From assembly GCF_009914755.1 (NCBI RefSeq), contig NC_060929.1: 64,000 nt of DNA; one strand, given 5' to 3'. A program made the translations under genes and the position numbers. Source of the DNA: the human T2T-CHM13v2.0 reference genome, Homo sapiens. Within the stretch, counting starts at the first letter, position 1. Each line of letters starts with the position of its first letter. Of the stretch, positions 56,895 to 64,000 are shown piece after piece. Under the pieces are notes generated by a model. The model saw nothing but the letters and a program-made list of their open reading frames with translations. It had not been told where the DNA came from and searched no databases.

Positions 56895-57172
56895 AGTTAG
56901 AAAAGATGAAAAAATCCTGGGGGTCTAATGTACAGCACGGAGACTATAGCTAACAATGCTGTACTTTACAGTTGAAATTTGCCAAGAGAGTAGATTTTAA
57001 GTGTCCTTACCACAAGAAAAAAGCAAGCAAGCAGGAAAAGAAAGAACAAAGAAAAGGGTAACTGTGTGACCTCCTGGGTATGTTAATTAACTTGATTGTG
57101 GTGATGATTTCACAATGTGTTCGCATATTGAATCAAGTTGCAGACCTCAAATATATACACTTTGTATTTTTT
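56895..57172 (+). mobile_element. L1MA-like 3' end
   Basis: tctaatgtacagca..ttgaaatttgccaagagagtagattttaagtgt..cttgattgtggtga..tttcacaatgt. Confidence 0.78.
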
Positions 57173-58316
57173 AAAAACCCATAATAACCACCTCTTAAGT
57201 TTCTCCTATATCTTGAATCTCACACAGTAAGTAATGTGTCCTCTCTCCATGCTTGCTTATTAGTCATGGAGTAATACATATATAATGAGTTTGGCTTTGT
57301 TCAGATAGTTGGATGATAGCCACGGCATGTAAACGTGTCACACCCTTGTTTAGTACTTACTAACTGGACTTTCCTTCTAGGAGCAGAACTGTGTAATGTT
57401 CACGTGATGCAAAGGACACATTTGGCCAAGATGGGCTTGCTCACCTGACATTCTTCTATCATTTTCCATCTGCTCTTGAACAAATAAAACCCTGGCATAG
57501 TCAGACGCTCTCCCACTCTCCTCTCCCTTCAACACATAGAGCAACTTTGGTGTGGCCTCTAGTCAGGACTGACTATTCCTTCAGCTGCTTCATGACAAGG
57601 AAGGGCCTCCAGGCTGCTCAGGTCTGTGATGGGCCACTCAAATGACACTGCCCTCATGATAATTACCCACTCAGAACTACCAACTATTTGCCCTAGGACA
57701 CAAATACTCATTAGTTCATTTGCTCATTAGGTGAATATTTATTAAGAACTTATTTGGGTCATATTCTGGCTTAGCTGCTCTTGCTACAAAAATATCAACT
57801 TCCAAAGGTTTTCTGATGTTTGGATACTGGGCTCAATGTCCACTGATTTCCTTCACCCGAGGGAAAGTGTTACTTGCAGGGAATTATTTTCACTGTCAGT
57901 ATTCCATCTGGGAGGTGTGAGCCACAGTTAATGGTGCATATGAATTAACAAGTCAGGAGTGACAATGCCCCCCTTTTCTAGCCTAAGTATGAACAGGGTC
58001 TGTGCATTCTGAGGGCTTTCAAATGCTTCAGTGTCCTACCTTCCATGTCCAGCCTGGTAGGGTGGAGGAACCTCAGCTGTGTGCATGAACATGGGTGACT
58101 CATTTGCAAGAAATGTGGAATGAAAAATACATGTGAAACTTTGATACCCAATACAATTCTTGACTTTTGTGAACTTATTTTGAAGTAGATACCCATGCAT
58201 GTCACTAGTACTTTGTGCCATACTCCACTACCCAACATGTACATGTTATAGGAACCTACTCTTAGATGCAAATATATTAAGTCTACATTAAAAAATGAGA
58301 GACAGGACATGCATAT

Positions 58317-58684
58317 TGAAATAGGCTGAATATTTGTGCCCCCCTACCCCCAGATTTAGAGGTTGAAATCCTAAGTCCCAACGTGGTCATATTTGGAGGT
58401 GGGGGGCTTTGGGAAGTGATTAGGTCATGAGGGTGGAGCCCTCATGAATGGGATTCATGCCCTTATAAAATAGGTCTCAGAGCCCTGCCTTGTCTCTTTC
58501 CCCTGTGAGGGCACAGGGAGAAGGTAGCTAATTATAAGCCAGAAAAGGGTCCTCATGAGAACCCAAGCATGCTGGCATCCTGATTTCATGGCTTTTCATC
58601 CCCCAGCACTATGAGAAATACATTTCTGTTGTTTCTAAATCACCCAGTCGACAGTAGTTTTTTATAGCAGCCAGGACCAAGACA
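58317..58684 (+). mobile_element. MLT1A-like MaLR LTR
   Basis: gattaggtcatgagggtggagccctcatgaatgggatt...ttatagcagcc..aagaca. Confidence 0.82.
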
Positions 58685-61219
58685 AGTATATGATAAAGGA
58701 GACCCTTTCATTCACCAACAGTCCTACTGGGGAGTTTCCAGCCATCCTTTGGGTGGTGCCCTGTACAGAGTTTGACATGAAGCCTACACTCTCCTCCTTC
58801 CTCGCCCCCAGACCTACATATTGGTTGGGTCAAAAGAGCTGAGAGAAGAAGGGGCTCCATATGGGAGAGGGGTTGGAATTCCTCTGCTATCCTCCTGAAA
58901 GAAACAGAAAAAGTGAAAGAAAAGGGGTGAGAGTGAAAAACTAGAATGATGGCAAAAAGATGCCTACACCTCCATCAATCCTTCCTTGTGAACACAGGTC
59001 CTCCCATAATCTATTCAACTCACACAATTCTGTCCTTTTTTTTCTTTTAAAACACGCTCTGGGGAAGGGGTTGAGTTGGTGTTTGACAGTGAGAGAAATT
59101 CATTCACCCTGAATATCAACAGGATCTGGTGAGCATAAGCCCAAGGATTGGTAACAGAAATGATGGGGAGGGCTGTGGACTTCCTAGGCAGGAAATTGAG
59201 AGTCTGAAATATGAAAGCAAACAGCAAACATCTGGAGGGCAGGAAAGGCCCAGTTGGCATCTGAGGGGCAGGAGTGACAAGTTTTCTTAAACATCAGTTT
59301 GGAGAAAAATTGTTTTAAATTGGGACTCATGGTCGAGACGACAAGCTGAAAGATTCAGTCACTAAACATGCTCCACGCTAATGATGCAGAGTCCAGGGCC
59401 CCCAGCTCTCCAGCTTCCATTGACTTTCCAGTGAGACTCCCCAAATCTTTTCATGGGTGCAGATTTATTTATGATCTATGAGGAATCTCAGGCCAGTTCT
59501 TATTGGGCAGCAGGAAAATCATGAGTCTTAACCAATTCATTGCTTTCCCTAACTGGGATGTAGATGGCTGAGAGGGAGCCGGGTTCCAACACTAGATATA
59601 TGTCCTCCAGCTAAACACACAGGCTGCGGCAAGGGTTCCAGTCAGACAGCAAGAGTCAGAAGACCTGGAGGATGAGAGGTCAGTGCCTGGAGATGGGACG
59701 AGAGGGAGCGGGCACCAACTTACAGGGCACAGAAACGGCTCTAATTCTGAGATGGGGATATGTCCTAGGACACAGGACAAAGCTCAGACACCAGAGCAAA
59801 GAACTGATCACTTGAGAAGATGTCAAAGGCCAGGTCACTCAAACTGGGTGAAAGGTCAGAGCTGAGCCAGGACAAAGATGAGGTAGCATTGAGCCTGGGC
59901 CCCCGAGCTCCTGGCATGCCCTGACTCCAAGGCTGGAAAACTCCAGAATCTAGGGAACTAGAAGTGCAGGTTAAGTGTTAGAGGGTCCCACAGACAAGCT
60001 GCCAGGTGAGTCACTGCAGGTCAGCAACTCCATAAAGCCCCAGACAACTGGCTATTATCCAATCCGTGCACAGAGAAATGAATGCTGCCTAGAGATATTA
60101 AAAATGCCAACACCGTGTAATCAATATGATTTCTAATTGAAGGAAGATTATAGTTTAACTCAAAGAGCAGCAGTTCCTTGTGACGATTGCCATTTAAAGA
60201 CAGTTTACCAAGGACAAATCAAGGCATTTGTGGTTGAAACTATTTTTTTCACTATGAATCAGTGTTCTTCCGCTAAGGACAAGGTCAGATTTTTAAAATT
60301 AATCAAATGATCACATCATTGAAGGCCTAAATGAAGTTTCTACTCTGACAATTAATCTTGGTGATCACTTCAATACTAAAAATCATAACTTTTTTAACTA
60401 AAATCCCTTAACTGTACTTGGGCATTCAAAAAATTAATTACTAAATTTTTATCATTGTCACAAACACATGAAAATTGAAGCCTACAGAAACCTCTAAACT
60501 GTTCTGGGTGTGTAGAAATCAAATTCTACCTGGCATAACTGAAGATCACTTTAAAGGATTTTTTACTAATTTCAGACAATAATGCTCAATATTTTAGTTA
60601 CACATGAGAACAATTCTTAATACATATTTTCTGGTTATAAGAAAGAAATCTTCAGTTTCTTGAGCAAATTTTCCTTTCCTTTCTCTCAATTTTAATTCCT
60701 CAAAGAAACATACTATGTATTTAACAAGATTCACTATACTCAGTTGAAACACAGTGGTTATAGGTAGCAAGAAATGCCCTTCTAAACAATGCTTTAATCT
60801 CAAAATGGTTTAAAACTTTCAAACATAGCTGAGCTTTCACAGCCTTCAAAATCCAGAATCTGGTGATAAGTGTTCTCTTGGTCAGAAACTTATTAAACGT
60901 GTGTTGATTGCTCTTAAATGGGAAAAAAATTCAAAAGCTCTTTACTGCTGTTTCCATATTGTTTCTGTTTTGGGATTAGTCAAAATAATGAAATGGCACT
61001 GTTGAAGATCTGAAGAAAGGAGGAATGCACACAGGGACAGATGGCTTGCTGCTTTCCAATAACTCATTCATTCAGCATTTATTTTGCACTTACTACAGTC
61101 AGAAAATTCCAGACAGGGAAAGTTGTTTTCTTCACCCGGTTTTTTTTTTTTTTTTTTTTTGGTCTAGAAGAATAACTGGCTACATAATTATAATTTCAGA
61201 TATTCTCAACTTTAGGAGC

Positions 61220-61565
61220 ATCTTTAGTCCATTCAGGGTGCTATGACAAAATACCATAGACTGGGGGGGTTATCAACAACAGAGATTTATATCTCATAGT
61301 TCTAAAGCCTGGGAAGTCCAAGATCAGGGTGCCTGCAGATTTGATGTCTGGTCACAGCCACTTCCTCACAGATGACACCTTCCTTCTGTGTCTCACATAG
61401 TGGAAGAGGTGAGGGATCTCTTTGGGATCTCTTCTATTGGGCACTAATCCCATTCATGAGGAATCCATCCTCATGACCTAATCACCTCCTAAAGGCTCCA
61501 CCTCCAGATACCCTCACATTGGGAATAAGGTTTCAACTTATTTTCAATCTGGAGGGACACAGGCA
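61220..61565 (-). mobile_element. MLT1A/MSTD-like MaLR LTR
   Basis: ttagtccattcagg.tgcta..aaataccatagactggg..ggcactaatcccattcatgag..ctcatgacctaatcacctcc. Confidence 0.82.
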
Positions 61566-63789
61566 TTGGTATCATTGCAAGAGGGCTGGTTAATGACAGG
61601 CTCCTTTGATTCTTCAAACAAGGTCTCGTTAACACATTGCATGTCCTCAGCTTCTCCAAGGAAATGTTGATCTGATGAGTAAGACAGGATCGTGTAGGAA
61701 CAGCATTGCCCCTAGGGACATAGCTCAAAACATCATTCCTTTCTTAACATTATGAAAACATAACATTATGAAACTCCACAGCATCCTTTGGTAACAATTC
61801 TGTTTAAACCCCAGAAAATACCATACTTAAGAAACGTAGTGTTGGACTTCTCTAGGTTTCAAAAAGGAAAGAGAGATGAAAATATTATAAACCAATAAAT
61901 AATGGAGCAGATTTTTAGGCTGTGTTTTGAAACAACCAAAATAAAAGTAATTCTGATGTTACATCTCTGCAAGTGACAAATACTGTTTTTCCCATGCCTG
62001 GGACAAGTATGCAGTTAGACTTGGCCATTGTCAATAATTGCACCGCTGTAAATTACAGCTTACTGCAGACATTCTGGTGAAAGGAAATGTTCTAAGTGTT
62101 AATTTGCTGGGAGATTTGAGGCGAGTTTTTTTCCACTAATGACTTCCAGGTGGGAACTGCAATATTGACAGTTGCACCTTACTTCCTACTCCCAACCCTC
62201 TCTTAATCCCAGATATGTGAAATATCTTCCTTCTGTTCCTTAAGGTATCTTGGTATCCTCATCTTCTCTGCAAAGGCTTTTTTGAAAAGATGTGGTGAGG
62301 TACCTTTTCTTCCAGTCACTCTGCTTTGTAACAACTCCTGGAGGAAAGTTCGTCTGTAACACCATTGTTACTGCTATTTTATCACGCACTGGAGGATGCA
62401 CCCATTCCTTCCATGTCCTTCAGAATGCACTGCTGTCTGTTTTAGAATTTAATTACAGAGGTCAAGGCCTAAATGTGCTTAGTAATGCCTGGTCATCATT
62501 GCCAGGCAGGGGCCATCTATACAAGTTAACAAGGATGACAGGATGTGCTTAGATCCAAAATAAAAACATCAGATACTCAAAGCCAAGGCAGAAAAAAAAG
62601 TCCTACAAGGAATTTGACTTCTATGATTAGCTGTGCTTCCACTTTGCACCAGTAAATACAGCCCAAGCAACCTCACTCCTTCAGAAAGTCTCTGCTACCG
62701 TGCCCTTCATGTTAGACTACATCATAATAGGAAGCTTTACTCTACAGACCTTTGAAGGCGTAAGAGACGACAGCTCTGTGGTGATCTGAGCTTGGAGTCA
62801 GAGAGGTCTCCCTGAGCAAAGATTCCATTTGTTAACACATCACAGCAGAATCAAATTATTCCACATTTTATGGTTCTAAGAAGTATTTTGTTTTCTGATT
62901 TCACAGCTTAGAGAATGACTGTGGTGGGCCAGGTGACAGGAATTTTATATATTATTCTAATATTCAGCAGCAAGTGGGGGTGTGGTAGAGTTCTAAAATT
63001 CTGCTCCCTGCATCCCCAAAGGAATTGCAAAGGTCATCCAGATCCCGTGTGTTCATGGAGGGTCAAGTTACTCCCAAGCAGTGGATACTCTTTTCTTGCA
63101 GGATTCCTTAAATTCTCTCAGTGGTCCTTGAATAACTGGGTATCAGAGACACAGCATGCCCTGGGACAGAGATGCAGTCACCTCACTGCCTGTATTTCTG
63201 CCTCCAGTTAGGCACATGTTTATGCCTCCAGTTAGGAAATGAACACCCATCCCATTGGCAGTACAAAGAAAGGAAAGAAAGAAAGTGCAGAGATGGCTAG
63301 AGGGGTGCAAGCAGAGATGGCGGTGGCCCTTACACGTTTAACACTGACAGGTAGGGGTTTGGTTTGTTCACTGACTTGATTTCAGTTAGTGGGAAATTAC
63401 CCTTTGAATGCCATACAACATATGGCATCTTCCTTTTGTCCTTCTCTTCTACATTCCAGAATTTTTCTTTTTCATTATACACATTTGCTCATGGAGCACT
63501 TGCAAAAATGGAAAATAACTCCGTTTGGTGGAAGCACTTCAGCCAGGTCTGGATAACTAGATGTAGAGCAAATAACCAACGTAATTACTTGTGCAGCTCA
63601 AACCAGAACAATTTCTCCCTTTAAATAGGAACAGCCTCGTAATTGGAGTCCTAGCTGTTTGCTCCAAGGAAAACCATTTTACATTTAATTTTAAACTTTC
63701 AAAATTAAAACATATTTAGAGGGTTTTGGGGGATGAGAATAAGAGGTGTCATCTGTAAGACAGAGGGCATCTAATAGACCTCCTACCAT

Positions 63790-64000
63790 AGGCAGATTCC
63801 TAAAACAGTCCCTATCATTCCCAACCCCTGGTGTTCATGTTCTATGTAGTCCTCTCTGGTGAGTATTGGCCAGACCTATGAATATGACAGTGTGTCACTC
63901 CTGTGATTAGATCATGTGACATTGCCACAGTGAAGGAATTCTGCAGATAAAAGATTACAAATAAGTTAATTTCAAGTTAATCAAAAGCTGGATCATCTTG
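63790..64000 (+). mobile_element. MLT1E-like LTR, truncated by the window end
   Basis: ggcagattcctaa..cccctggtgttca..tgtcactcctgtgatta..aagttaatcaaaag. Confidence 0.6.

Noticed and set aside
63199-63236. Repeat-spacer-repeat patterns (also 5037-5077, 6206-6241, 52342-52366, 61745-61773) superficially like CRISPR
   Set aside because: Only two copies each, in a eukaryotic context with no cas genes; these are ordinary slippage microduplications.

Overview
Primate genomic DNA, very probably human, lying entirely inside the SEMA5A (semaphorin-5A) gene, which is transcribed on the - strand. Four internal coding exons splice in frame with canonical AG/GT sites: 42360-42567, 24379-24496, 10540-10721 and 6881-7024. 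They encode the end of the Sema domain, the PSI domain and the first thrombospondin type-1 repeats. The other ~99% is intron, rich in Alu, L1, MIR/L2, MaLR/ERV LTRs, DNA-transposon MITEs and simple repeats. Nearly all ORFs in the supplied track are spurious. I find no evidence for a wholly new biological system. The most interesting items are a near-perfect MER53 hairpin, two divergent solo LTRs 31 bp apart, a two-LTR MLT1 provirus, nested insertions, inverted Alus around a weak-donor exon, possible intronic-polyA soluble isoforms and candidate enhancers. Repeat subfamily names come from my recall of consensus sequences and were not computed.
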